The notes under the pieces: generated by a model
The model's database searches: none
Told to the model about the DNA's origin: nothing
The model's input: the letters and a program-made list of their open reading frames with translations, nothing else
Program-made: the position numbers and the translations under genes
Source: an uncultured Caulobacter sp.
GTDB taxonomy: Bacteria; Pseudomonadota; Alphaproteobacteria; Caulobacterales; Caulobacteraceae
NCBI GenBank assembly: GCA_966252285.1
Contig: CBINOL010000009.1
Coordinates: 743 to 64,742, forward strand
Length of the DNA: 64,000 nt
Direction: 5' to 3'
In this document: positions 28,833 to 37,563 of the stretch, one piece after another
Layout of the letters: each line of letters starts with the position of its first letter
Numbering within the stretch: position 1 is the stretch's first letter

Positions 28833-30513
28833 GGGCTTCCCCTCGGTTGGCGAGGTGGTCCTGAAGCTCGGCCAGCGTGGCGAAGCGGCGTTGCTCGAAG
28901 AGGCCAAGGTGAAGCCAGCCGTCGAGGACCATGTCCTCGGGGCGGCCGGTGAACAGCAAGGTGGTGGCGCCGCGCGCCTTGAGCACGCCCAGAACGGCGG
29001 CCAGGGTTCGCGAGGGCAGAAGGTCGTAGAGCTGTCCGAGCACGAGAAGCTTGGGTTCGACCAGAAGGGCGTTGGCCAGGCGCAGGGCCATCATCGACCC
29101 CAGGCTGAGGGGGTGGCCCGTCGCCGCGAGCGGCGTGTCCAGTCCCTTGGGCAGTTGGGCGACGCGTTCCTGCAGCCCGACGGCGGCCAGCGCCTCCAGC
29201 ATCCGCGTCGCCGAGACGTCGCTGGCGGCCATCGCCAGATATTCCCGGATCGTCACTTCCGCGATGGTCGGACGGTTGAGCACCAGCACCTGCGAGCGCA
29301 GCAGGTACATGTCGAGGGCGTCGAGGTCGGCGCCGCCGATCGAGACGAGGCCGCGCTCGGGGTGGACGTGACGCTTCAGCACCAGGGCCAGCTTGCGCTC
29401 GGCGCCCGGGGCGGCGGCGACCACCAGCTGTTCGCCGGCGGCGAGGGCGAAGTCGAAGCGGGCGTCTTCCAGCTTGACGTCCATGAGCCGCAGGGCGCCG
29501 TCGCTGGGCGCGCCCGCGCCGCGCGAAGGCGGCTTCTCCTGCGGAATGGAGAACAGCAGCGACAGCTCTTCGGCGCTGGCGACCAGGTCGTAGAAGGTGT
29601 CGAGGTAGTAGCCCAACTGCGAGACGCCGTAGAACACGCCCGAAAGGATGAGCTCGGCGGCCACCAGCTGTCCGATCGACAGCTCGCCCCGCAGGATCAG
29701 GTTGCCGCCGAGCATCAGGAGGGCGGCGCTGGCCAGGGCGTAGATCAGCAGGTAGCTCAAGGTCTGGGCGAAGCTGGAGCGGAAATAGCGCTTGTGCGCG
29801 CCCACATAGGCGGCGGTCATGGCTTCGGACCGGTCCATGGCGAAGGCCAGGTGGCGGCTGGACTTGTAGAAGCCGTTCGAGCCGCCGACGCTCTCGAGCC
29901 AGCGCGCGGCGTCGTGCTTGGCGTGGCTGAGCGCGACCGCGCCGGTGATCGCGCCGCGCCGCCAGACCAGCCAGACCAGCACCACCGCGACGACCAGCAC
30001 GACGTTGAAGGCCAGGAAGAACGGGTGATAGAAGCTCGTCACCGTCAGGCCGACCATCCCCTGAAGCAGGATCGTGAAGGCGCCGATGACCAGGCCCGGC
30101 ACGGCCTTCTGGACGACGGTCAGGTCGAAGTAGCGATTGAAGAGGTCGCCGCGGGCGGCGTCGCCGAAGAACGGGTTCTGGGCGTGCACCGCCCTGATCG
30201 TGATCTCGGCCACCACGCGCGCGAAAACCCGGCGTTCGAACGCCGCCATCAGGTAGACGCGCAGGGCGCTGAGGGCGGCCACGATCAGCAGCAGCGACAG
30301 CAGCACGCCCGACAGCGTCCATAGCGGAGCGGGCAGGGCGATGTTGGCCACGCTGTTGATCAGCAGCTGGACCGAGATCGGCGTCGCCAGCGACATCAGG
30401 CCGATGGCCAGGGTGTAGACGATCCCGAGTTTCACATAGGCGACGTCGGGACCGACGATCTCCGACAGCCACCTTGTCGCTTCCCTGAATCCGATACGTT
30501 CGGTCGTCGCCAC
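28816..30513 (-). CDS. ABC exporter (TMD plus degenerate NBD)
   Basis: ABC membrane domain ending GELSIGQLVAAE; the NBD lacks canonical Walker A, Walker B and H-loop residues. Confidence 0.85.
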   Translation of the reverse strand: MATTERIGFREATRWLSEIVGPDVAYVKLGIVYTLAIGLMSLATPISVQLLINSVANIALPAPLWTLSGVLLSLLLIVAALSALRVYLMAAFERRVFARVVAEITIRAVHAQNPFFGDAARGDLFNRYFDLTVVQKAVPGLVIGAFTILLQGMVGLTVTSFYHPFFLAFNVVLVVAVVLVWLVWRRGAITGAVALSHAKHDAARWLESVGGSNGFYKSSRHLAFAMDRSEAMTAAYVGAHKRYFRSSFAQTLSYLLIYALASAALLMLGGNLILRGELSIGQLVAAELILSGVFYGVSQLGYYLDTFYDLVASAEELSLLFSIPQEKPPSRGAGAPSDGALRLMDVKLEDARFDFALAAGEQLVVAAAPGAERKLALVLKRHVHPERGLVSIGGADLDALDMYLLRSQVLVLNRPTIAEVTIREYLAMAASDVSATRMLEALAAVGLQERVAQLPKGLDTPLAATGHPLSLGSMMALRLANALLVEPKLLVLGQLYDLLPSRTLAAVLGVLKARGATTLLFTGRPEDMVLDGWLHLGLFEQRRFATLAELQDHLANRGEAHALPS

Positions 30514-30766
30514 GTCCGCCTCTGCCTGATCACATCAACGAACGCCGTCCTTGCCGTAAGGTCAGCGAGGGAGCGCCGACGGAACAACAGGGGGAAAGCA
30601 TTCGCCCGGAGGCGGGCAATACACCGGCGGCGGATTCCGGATCTCATCAATGACGTGACAAAGTGTGTACGCCCGAACCTGGACTATCCGGGCGGGGAAA
30701 GGCGGGAGCGTTCTTAGCTACTCTGCGCGGGCGCGTTCCCTGGCGCAGGACATTGGCGGTAACGAA

Positions 30767-30794
30767 GAAGGGGCGGCGCAAGCGCCGCCCCTTC
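30767..30794 (-). terminator. Hairpin terminator downstream of the TonB-dependent receptor
   Basis: GAAGGGGCGGCGC-AA-GCGCCGCCCCTTC. Confidence 0.7.
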
Positions 30795-30816
30795 CTGTTT
30801 CGAGCCTTCGCCTGGG

Positions 30817-33810
30817 TTAGAAGCGACGGGTCAGGTTCACGAACACCTGGCGACCGATGTAGTCGTACTGCGTCGCGAAGGCGTAGCTGCCGACGCGGCC
30901 GTAGCTGTAGTTGCCCTTGTCGGCCAGGGCCGGCGAGACCTTGGGCGGGTCTTCGTTGAAGACGTTGCTGACGCCCACGATGCCTTCCCAGGTGTCGGTC
31001 TGATAGCGAACCGACAGGTGGTGGTACCACATGGCCTCGGCGTGGTTCTTGGCCCGATAGGCCGAACCCTGCGGGGTCGTGTAGTTCGACGGCGGCGAGA
31101 GGTCGGTGCCGAACTGGTACTCGTAGTTCGACTGGCGGCCCACGAACTCGGTCGACCAGGTGAAGGTCAGGTCGTTCCAGCGGTAGCGGGCCTGGGTGTT
31201 GCCCACCACGGCCGGCTCGCCGATCAGGCCGTTGAAGTCGTCGGTGTTGCCCGGGAACAGCTCCTGGGTGTCTTCCAGGGTCCAGCTGAACTGGGTTTCC
31301 AGCGTGAACTTGCCCGGGCCGACGTCACGCGAGTAGCGCGTCGTCAGGTCGATGCCGCGGCTGGTCTGGCTGACGATGTTCCGGAAGCTGCCGTCGATCT
31401 CGGTGATGCCGAGATAGGTCGGGGAGGTCGGATCGGTGTCGCGGGTGAACAGGTCGCAGAACGGGTTGTTCGGATAGTCGGCGGCCGCGTAGCACTGGCC
31501 GACGACGGCCGCGCCGTTGCTGGTGACCTGGTCGTTGACCTCGATCTCGTAGTAGTCGATCGCCACGCTCAGGTCGGCGAATTCCGGCGTCCAGACGAAG
31601 CCGGCGCTGAAGGCCTTCGACTTCTCGGGCTTCAGGTTCTGGCCGCCGCCCGTGATGATGAAGACCGACGGGTTGGCGCCGCTGTAGTTGCCGGGGATGC
31701 CGGCCGCCTGACAGTTGGCGGCGATCACCGGGTTGACCACCGAGGTGCCGTCGCCCGCCCAGCGGATGCAGGGGTCGACCGAGGTCTGGCTCAGATAGCC
31801 GCCCTGGTTGCCCAGGAAGCGCTCGAACAGCGCCGGGGCGCGGAACGAGGTGCCGTAGCTGGTGCGCAGGCGGTACTGGTTGGTCAGCTGCCAGTTCAGG
31901 CCGGTCTTGTAGGTCGAGTTCGAACCGTAGGAGTCGTAGTCCGAATAGCGGCCCGACAGGTTCAGGGTCAGGGCTTCGAACGCCGGCAGGCCCTTCAGCA
32001 GCGGGGCTTCCAGTTCGCCGTAGGCTTCCACGACGCTGTCGTCGCCCTTGGTGCGGTTGGCGGTGGCCAGGTTGTAGAAGTTCTGGTTGGCCAGGTTCTC
32101 GCCGGGCTTGTCGTCCAGTTCGTCACGGCGATAGGAGACGCCGAACGCGCCGGCCAGCTTGCCGGCCGGCAGGCTCAGGATGTCGCCCGAGATCTGACCT
32201 TCGACGATGGTCTGGGTGTAGTTGGTGACGCCGTTCTCGGTCAGCTTGAGATAGGCGTAGTCTTCCGGCGTCAGGTTGCCGGTGCGCAGCACCTGGTCGG
32301 AGAACAGGTTCACCGGGCGGCAGCCGGCCGGCGAACCGGGCGGGCAGATGCCGTCGAAGGTGAAGGTATTGGCCCAGTCGCCGCCGATCGAGGCCAGGAA
32401 CAGCTCGCTGTTGATGCCGGTCAGCGAGTATTTGCCGCGGTTCTTCGAGTAGCTGACATAGGCGTCCCAGTCCCAGCCGGTCAGGAAGCCCAGGCCTTCG
32501 CCGAACTTGCCGCGCAGGCCCGCCAGGCCGCGGAACACCTGGACGTCCTGCTTGAAGACGTAGGGGGTCAGGACCAGCGACTGCGGGATGAAGGTGTTGG
32601 CGGGAATGCCGCCGCCGCAGTTGAAGGGGTTCACCGAGCAGGGGGCGGTTTCCCAGATGTAGGGGAACAGCTGCTGCACGTTGGTCTGCGACGACTTGCG
32701 CTGGTGGCCCAGGAATTCGCCGTACAGTTCACCGAAGTTCAGGTCGTACTGGCCCTCGGCATAGACGGTGTAGCGCTTCACCGGCGAGATGAAGTCCGAA
32801 GCCGCGTCGAGGGCGTTGACCGAGTCACGGTCGTTCAGCGGCGCGAAGCGGTAGCCCGGCAGGTTCGGGTCGGCGGCGGCGGCGGCCCAGTAGGGCTGGT
32901 TGGCGGCATAGGCCGGGCCGTCGGTCGAGATGCGCGCGCGGCTGCCGTAGAAGGCGCCGTTCGGCAGGGTCACCGGGATGTAGTTGAACAGCGCGCCCGA
33001 GGCGCCGAAGCACTTGAAGGTGCCGGTGTCGACGTCGATCCAGTCGTTGCGGGCGCCCGTGGTCGGGTTGAAGGTATACTGCTCCTGGCAGTTCAGGTCC
33101 TTGCGGTCGCCGAACTTCAGGGCCTTCTGCTCGTAGTACTGGCCGCTGATCAGGAAGCGGCCGCGGTCCAGCACTTTGCCGTAGGCGCCGCTGAAGGTGT
33201 ACTCGTTGCCGCCGTCGCCGCCGCCGCCGAAGCGGCCCGAGGCTTCCAGCCGGCCGCCGTCGAGGTTGGTGCGGGTGATGACGTTGACCACGCCGGCCAC
33301 GGCGTCCGAACCGTAGATCGACGAGGCGCCGTCCTTCAGGATCTCGTACCGCTCGACGATGGCGTCGGGGAGGATGTTGAGGTCGACGGCCGCGACGGCG
33401 CCTTGCGTGCCGGCGGGCGGCAGGCGGCGGCCGTTCAGCATGACGAGGGTGCGCTGGTCGCCCAGGCCGCGGATCGAGATGGTGTTCACCCCGCCGCCGC
33501 CGTTGACGACGAAGCCGGTGAACTGGTTGTTGATCTGGGTCGAGCCGGCGGCGACCGAGGCGCTCTGCAGAACTTCGGTGGGGTTGATCATGCCGGCGAG
33601 CGACGAGCTTTCGCTGGTGATCACCTGCACCGGCGAGACGCTGTTGTACTCGGTGCGCTTGATGCGCGAGCCGGTGACGATCAGTTCGTCGACCTGGTTG
33701 CCGTCGGCCGGCGGATTGGCGGATTGAGCGAATGCAAAGCCGGGCGCGGCCGTCGCGGCCATGAGGCCGACGATCATGCTCGTTCCCAGCAGGAACTTAC
33801 GTTGCAACAT
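30817..33810 (-). CDS. TonB-dependent receptor (~1000 aa)
   Basis: Signal peptide, TonB box ELIVTGSRI, plug IRGLGDQRTLVMLNGRR, C-terminal NLTRRF. Confidence 0.95.
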   Translation of the reverse strand: MLQRKFLLGTSMIVGLMAATAAPGFAFAQSANPPADGNQVDELIVTGSRIKRTEYNSVSPVQVITSESSSLAGMINPTEVLQSASVAAGSTQINNQFTGFVVNGGGGVNTISIRGLGDQRTLVMLNGRRLPPAGTQGAVAAVDLNILPDAIVERYEILKDGASSIYGSDAVAGVVNVITRTNLDGGRLEASGRFGGGGDGGNEYTFSGAYGKVLDRGRFLISGQYYEQKALKFGDRKDLNCQEQYTFNPTTGARNDWIDVDTGTFKCFGASGALFNYIPVTLPNGAFYGSRARISTDGPAYAANQPYWAAAAADPNLPGYRFAPLNDRDSVNALDAASDFISPVKRYTVYAEGQYDLNFGELYGEFLGHQRKSSQTNVQQLFPYIWETAPCSVNPFNCGGGIPANTFIPQSLVLTPYVFKQDVQVFRGLAGLRGKFGEGLGFLTGWDWDAYVSYSKNRGKYSLTGINSELFLASIGGDWANTFTFDGICPPGSPAGCRPVNLFSDQVLRTGNLTPEDYAYLKLTENGVTNYTQTIVEGQISGDILSLPAGKLAGAFGVSYRRDELDDKPGENLANQNFYNLATANRTKGDDSVVEAYGELEAPLLKGLPAFEALTLNLSGRYSDYDSYGSNSTYKTGLNWQLTNQYRLRTSYGTSFRAPALFERFLGNQGGYLSQTSVDPCIRWAGDGTSVVNPVIAANCQAAGIPGNYSGANPSVFIITGGGQNLKPEKSKAFSAGFVWTPEFADLSVAIDYYEIEVNDQVTSNGAAVVGQCYAAADYPNNPFCDLFTRDTDPTSPTYLGITEIDGSFRNIVSQTSRGIDLTTRYSRDVGPGKFTLETQFSWTLEDTQELFPGNTDDFNGLIGEPAVVGNTQARYRWNDLTFTWSTEFVGRQSNYEYQFGTDLSPPSNYTTPQGSAYRAKNHAEAMWYHHLSVRYQTDTWEGIVGVSNVFNEDPPKVSPALADKGNYSYGRVGSYAFATQYDYIGRQVFVNLTRRF

Positions 33811-34108
33811 TTCTACTCCCCTCGAGCCCCTGACTCGGAAAACGGCCCGCATCGCTGATGCCCTCTGCGGCGCCACCTAGAGTAAGGCTCGCTGAGTTCG
33901 TCCGCGCAACGCCGGTTGCTGAAATGATGCGCATTCTTGCGAAAACCGTTACAGCATGAACACACTTCGGACATGTTGGTGCGTCGGCAACGGCGTTTGG
34001 GGGTGATCCGCGCCTGTATGGCGCGCGTCTCCGCCCGGCGCTTTACGAAAAGCTTCGCGCATGTGCTGCTCGCTAAGGGCGAGTCGCAAGCCAGAGTGGG
34101 GTGTCTGA

Positions 34109-36127
34109 GTGAAGTCGAAGAGCAGGTTCGCCCTGTCGGCCGCAGCGGCCGTCCTGGGCATGTGTCTGGTCGCCGGTCAGGCGCAGGCGAGGGCGCCCAA
34201 TCCCGGTGCGCCGTCGGCCCGCGAGCTGACCCGCCTTCCGGGGCTGAGCGACGTGGTGATCTCGCCGGATGGCAAGCGCATCGCCGCGCTGATCTCGGCC
34301 GACGGCGACGAGCAGTTGATCGGGGTGTGGGAGACTGCGCACATCGATCGGCCGCCCAACCTGCTCAGCTCCAAGCACATGGTCTTCAAGAGCGTGGAGT
34401 TCATCAAGAACGACCGCTTGGCCGTGGTCGTCCAGCAGCTCTACACGGTGGGCAGCTTCAAGGGGCACCTGGGCAAGCTTTTCATCACCGACCTGAAGGG
34501 CGAGAAGTGGATCCCGGCGCTGCCGGAAAGCCGCTCGCGTTCCGAGGCCGAGGACTTCGAGAAGGCGACCAACAACCCTCAGATCCTCGACACCTTGCCG
34601 CATGACCCGCGCAAGATCCTGGTGGTCGACGACAACGGCGACATCTACCGGGCCGACGTCTACAGCGGCACGGCCGAGCGGATCGAGCGCGGCTCGGAGC
34701 GTTTCGGCGACCTGCAGACGGACTCCAAGGGCGAAATCCGCGCCAAGTCCGAGATCGATTTCGAGGACGGCAAGGCCTTCTACGCCCAGTGGATCAAGAA
34801 CCCGGCCACGGGCCAGTTCGAGCAGCACTTCCGCTCGTTCCTGAAGGACCGCAACATCTTCACGATCGCCGGCTTCTCGCCCGATCCCAACATCGTCTAC
34901 GTGCAGGGCGTGCGCAGCGGCGACAAGGCCGGCATCTACGAGTACGACATCCGCAGCAAGGCGTTCCTGGAGCCTGCCTTCGAGCACAAGATGTTCGACG
35001 CCGCCGGTGTGATCGAGGACAACGACGGCAACCTGCTGGGCTTCCGCTACAACGACGCGGCGGGCAGCATCTATTGGACCGATCCGCAGCTGGCCGGGAT
35101 GAACAAGGGGCTGCGCAACGCCCTGTCCATCAAACTCACCCCGATGGACTGGATCGATCCGGGCACCGGCCAGAAAGCGAAGATCAACGTCGCCGACGGC
35201 GCCGACGTGGCGGTGCAGGCCTGGTCGCAGGACCGCGACGCCGCCATCGTCATGAAGTCGGGCCCCAAGGACCCCGGCGAGTACTACCTGCTGACCAAGG
35301 ACGGCAAGCTGAGCCTGCTGGGCAAGGCGCGTCCGTGGATCAAGCCCGAGACGCTGGGCGACACGCGGCTGGTGCAGTACGCCGCACGCGACGGCCTGAT
35401 GATCCCGGCCTTCCTGACCACGCCGCCGGCCGCGTTCGGCAAGGGGCCGTTCCCGACCATCATCATGCCCCACGGCGGGCCCTGGGCGCGCGATCACCTC
35501 GGCTGGGACGTCGCCGGCTGGGTGCAGTACTTCGCCTCGCGCGGCTATGTCGTCCTGCAGCCCCAGTTCCGCGGCTCCGACGGCTGGGGCCGCAAGCTCT
35601 GGACCGCCGGCGACAACGAGTGGGGCCAGAAGATGCAGGACGACAAGGACGACGGCGCCAAGTGGCTGATGGACCAGAAGGTCGCCGATCCGAACCGGAC
35701 GGTGATGTTCGGCTATTCCTATGGCGGCTATTCGGCGCTGGCGGCGACCATCCGTCCCAACGGCCTCTACCAGTGCGCCGTCTCGGGCGCGGGCGGCAGC
35801 CTGGCCGACATGAAGAAGGTCACCGCCGAAAGCCGGCTCGGGCGTGAGTATCAGCGCCCGTTCGTCGGCGGGCTGGACGCCATCCAGAAGGCCGGCGAGG
35901 CCAAGATCCCGGTCTTCCTGTACCACGGCGACCGCGACACCAATGTCGACATCAAGGACTCGCGCCGTTTCATCGCCGGGCTGAAGGCGGCGAACAAGCC
36001 GTACAAGTGGCTGGAAATCAAGGACATGGGCCACGGCTACGTGACCATGACCCCGGCCATGATGGAGACCCAGCTGGTCGAGATCGACAAGTTCTTCCAG
36101 AACGAGTGCAAGCCCGGCGGTCTCTGA
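34109..36127 (+). CDS. Secreted S9/prolyl-oligopeptidase-family serine peptidase
   Basis: Signal peptide; PHGGPW, GYSYGGY (Ser), HGDRD (Asp), MGHG (His). Confidence 0.93.
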   Translation: MKSKSRFALSAAAAVLGMCLVAGQAQARAPNPGAPSARELTRLPGLSDVVISPDGKRIAALISADGDEQLIGVWETAHIDRPPNLLSSKHMVFKSVEFIKNDRLAVVVQQLYTVGSFKGHLGKLFITDLKGEKWIPALPESRSRSEAEDFEKATNNPQILDTLPHDPRKILVVDDNGDIYRADVYSGTAERIERGSERFGDLQTDSKGEIRAKSEIDFEDGKAFYAQWIKNPATGQFEQHFRSFLKDRNIFTIAGFSPDPNIVYVQGVRSGDKAGIYEYDIRSKAFLEPAFEHKMFDAAGVIEDNDGNLLGFRYNDAAGSIYWTDPQLAGMNKGLRNALSIKLTPMDWIDPGTGQKAKINVADGADVAVQAWSQDRDAAIVMKSGPKDPGEYYLLTKDGKLSLLGKARPWIKPETLGDTRLVQYAARDGLMIPAFLTTPPAAFGKGPFPTIIMPHGGPWARDHLGWDVAGWVQYFASRGYVVLQPQFRGSDGWGRKLWTAGDNEWGQKMQDDKDDGAKWLMDQKVADPNRTVMFGYSYGGYSALAATIRPNGLYQCAVSGAGGSLADMKKVTAESRLGREYQRPFVGGLDAIQKAGEAKIPVFLYHGDRDTNVDIKDSRRFIAGLKAANKPYKWLEIKDMGHGYVTMTPAMMETQLVEIDKFFQNECKPGGL

Positions 36128-36148
36128 GCCGGGGCGTTGAAGAAGAGG

Positions 36149-36177
36149 GAAAGAGGGCGCCGATCGCGCCCTCTTTC
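36149..36177. terminator. Probable bidirectional terminator between convergent peptidase genes
   Basis: GAAAGAGGGCGC-CGATC-GCGCCCTCTTTC. Confidence 0.7.
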
Positions 36178-36190
36178 TTGTTTCGGGCCT

Positions 36191-37534
36191 CTACTTGGCG
36201 CCGGCGACCATCAGGATCTGCGCCATGGTGGTGGCGATGCTCTCGACGTCGCGGGCCTTGTTGACCTCCATGCCTTCCTCCAGCGAGTGGCCGCGGAAGG
36301 TCACGAAGCCGGCGCCCAGCGTCACCGCCGGCTTGCCCAGACTCATGGGGATGTTGGCGTCGGTCGAGCCGGCCACGTAGCCCATGGGCTTGCCCAGGGC
36401 GTCGCCGACGGCGGCCAGCTGCTGCACGAACGGCGAGTTGGCCGGGGTCTCGCCCACCGGGCGGTCGCCGACCATCTTGTTGTCCAGGCTGATCACGCCG
36501 CGCTTGGTCGAGCGGGCGGCGTTCTCGGCCTCGACGGCCTTGGGCAGGATGGCCAGGTACGCATCCTCGACGGCCTTCAGTTCGGCCTTGCCCGACGAGC
36601 GCATGTCCACGGTCATCGACACCGCGAACGGGATCGAGTTGACCGACGTGCCGCCCTCCAGCAGGCCGATGTTGTAGACCGTGCGCGGGTCGCTGGGGAC
36701 CTTCAGCTCGCCGAACTGGCGGGCGGCGTCGGCCAGGGCGAAGGCCGGGTTCACCGTGCCGAAGTCGCCCATGCTGTGGCCGCCCGGACCCTTGAAGGTG
36801 GTCTTGTAGCGCTTGGAGCCGACGCCGCCGTTGACGATCACGGTCGGGCCGCTGGGCTCCAGCGAGATGAAGGCGTCGATCTTGTCCTTGTACTTGCCCT
36901 TGAAGAACAGCTCCTTCATGCCGCGCAGGTCGCCGGGGCCTTCCTCGCCCACGTCGCCGACGAACAGGATGTCGCTCTTGGTCTGGATGCCGGCGGCGTT
37001 GATGGCGCGCAGGATGGCCAGGATCGAGCCCAGGCCCACGGTGTCGTCGCCGATGCCGGGGGCGTAGAGCTTGTCGCCGTCGCGGCGGACCTTCACGTCG
37101 GTGCTGGCCGGGAACACGGTGTCGAGGTGGGCGGCCACCACCAGGAGGCCGCCGCCGCCCGTACCCTTGCGCAGGCCCATGACGTTGCCGGCCGCGTCGG
37201 TCTCCAGATCGGTCAGGCCTTCCTTGGCGAGCATGGCCAGATAGGCCTTGCCCTTCTCGGCCTCGCCGAACGGCGGGGCGGGGATTTCGGTCAGGGTGAC
37301 GATGTCCTCGACCGTCTGCTCGTAGCCGGCGGCCAGGGTCGCCTTGGCCGCCTTGAAGGCCTTGGACGCCATCAGCGCCTTGGCCTGCTTGGTGTAGGGC
37401 GAGGTCGGCTGCGGCGGGCGCACATTGCCGAAGTCGACCTGGGCGGCGGGCTTGGCGGCTTCCTGGGCCAGGGCGGGCGCGGCGGCGGCGCAGAGGAGGA
37501 CGGCCAGGGCCGCCGAAGCGATGCGGGTTTTCAT
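36191..37534 (-). CDS. Secreted M20/M25/M40-family metallopeptidase/hydrolase
   Basis: Signal peptide; AHLDTV, GIGDD, GEEG, GSTDAN, GH..EE; start taken at MKTRIAS. Confidence 0.9.
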   Translation of the reverse strand: MKTRIASAALAVLLCAAAAPALAQEAAKPAAQVDFGNVRPPQPTSPYTKQAKALMASKAFKAAKATLAAGYEQTVEDIVTLTEIPAPPFGEAEKGKAYLAMLAKEGLTDLETDAAGNVMGLRKGTGGGGLLVVAAHLDTVFPASTDVKVRRDGDKLYAPGIGDDTVGLGSILAILRAINAAGIQTKSDILFVGDVGEEGPGDLRGMKELFFKGKYKDKIDAFISLEPSGPTVIVNGGVGSKRYKTTFKGPGGHSMGDFGTVNPAFALADAARQFGELKVPSDPRTVYNIGLLEGGTSVNSIPFAVSMTVDMRSSGKAELKAVEDAYLAILPKAVEAENAARSTKRGVISLDNKMVGDRPVGETPANSPFVQQLAAVGDALGKPMGYVAGSTDANIPMSLGKPAVTLGAGFVTFRGHSLEEGMEVNKARDVESIATTMAQILMVAGAK

Positions 37535-37563
37535 GCGATGATCTCTGTACTGAATGAGCGGGA

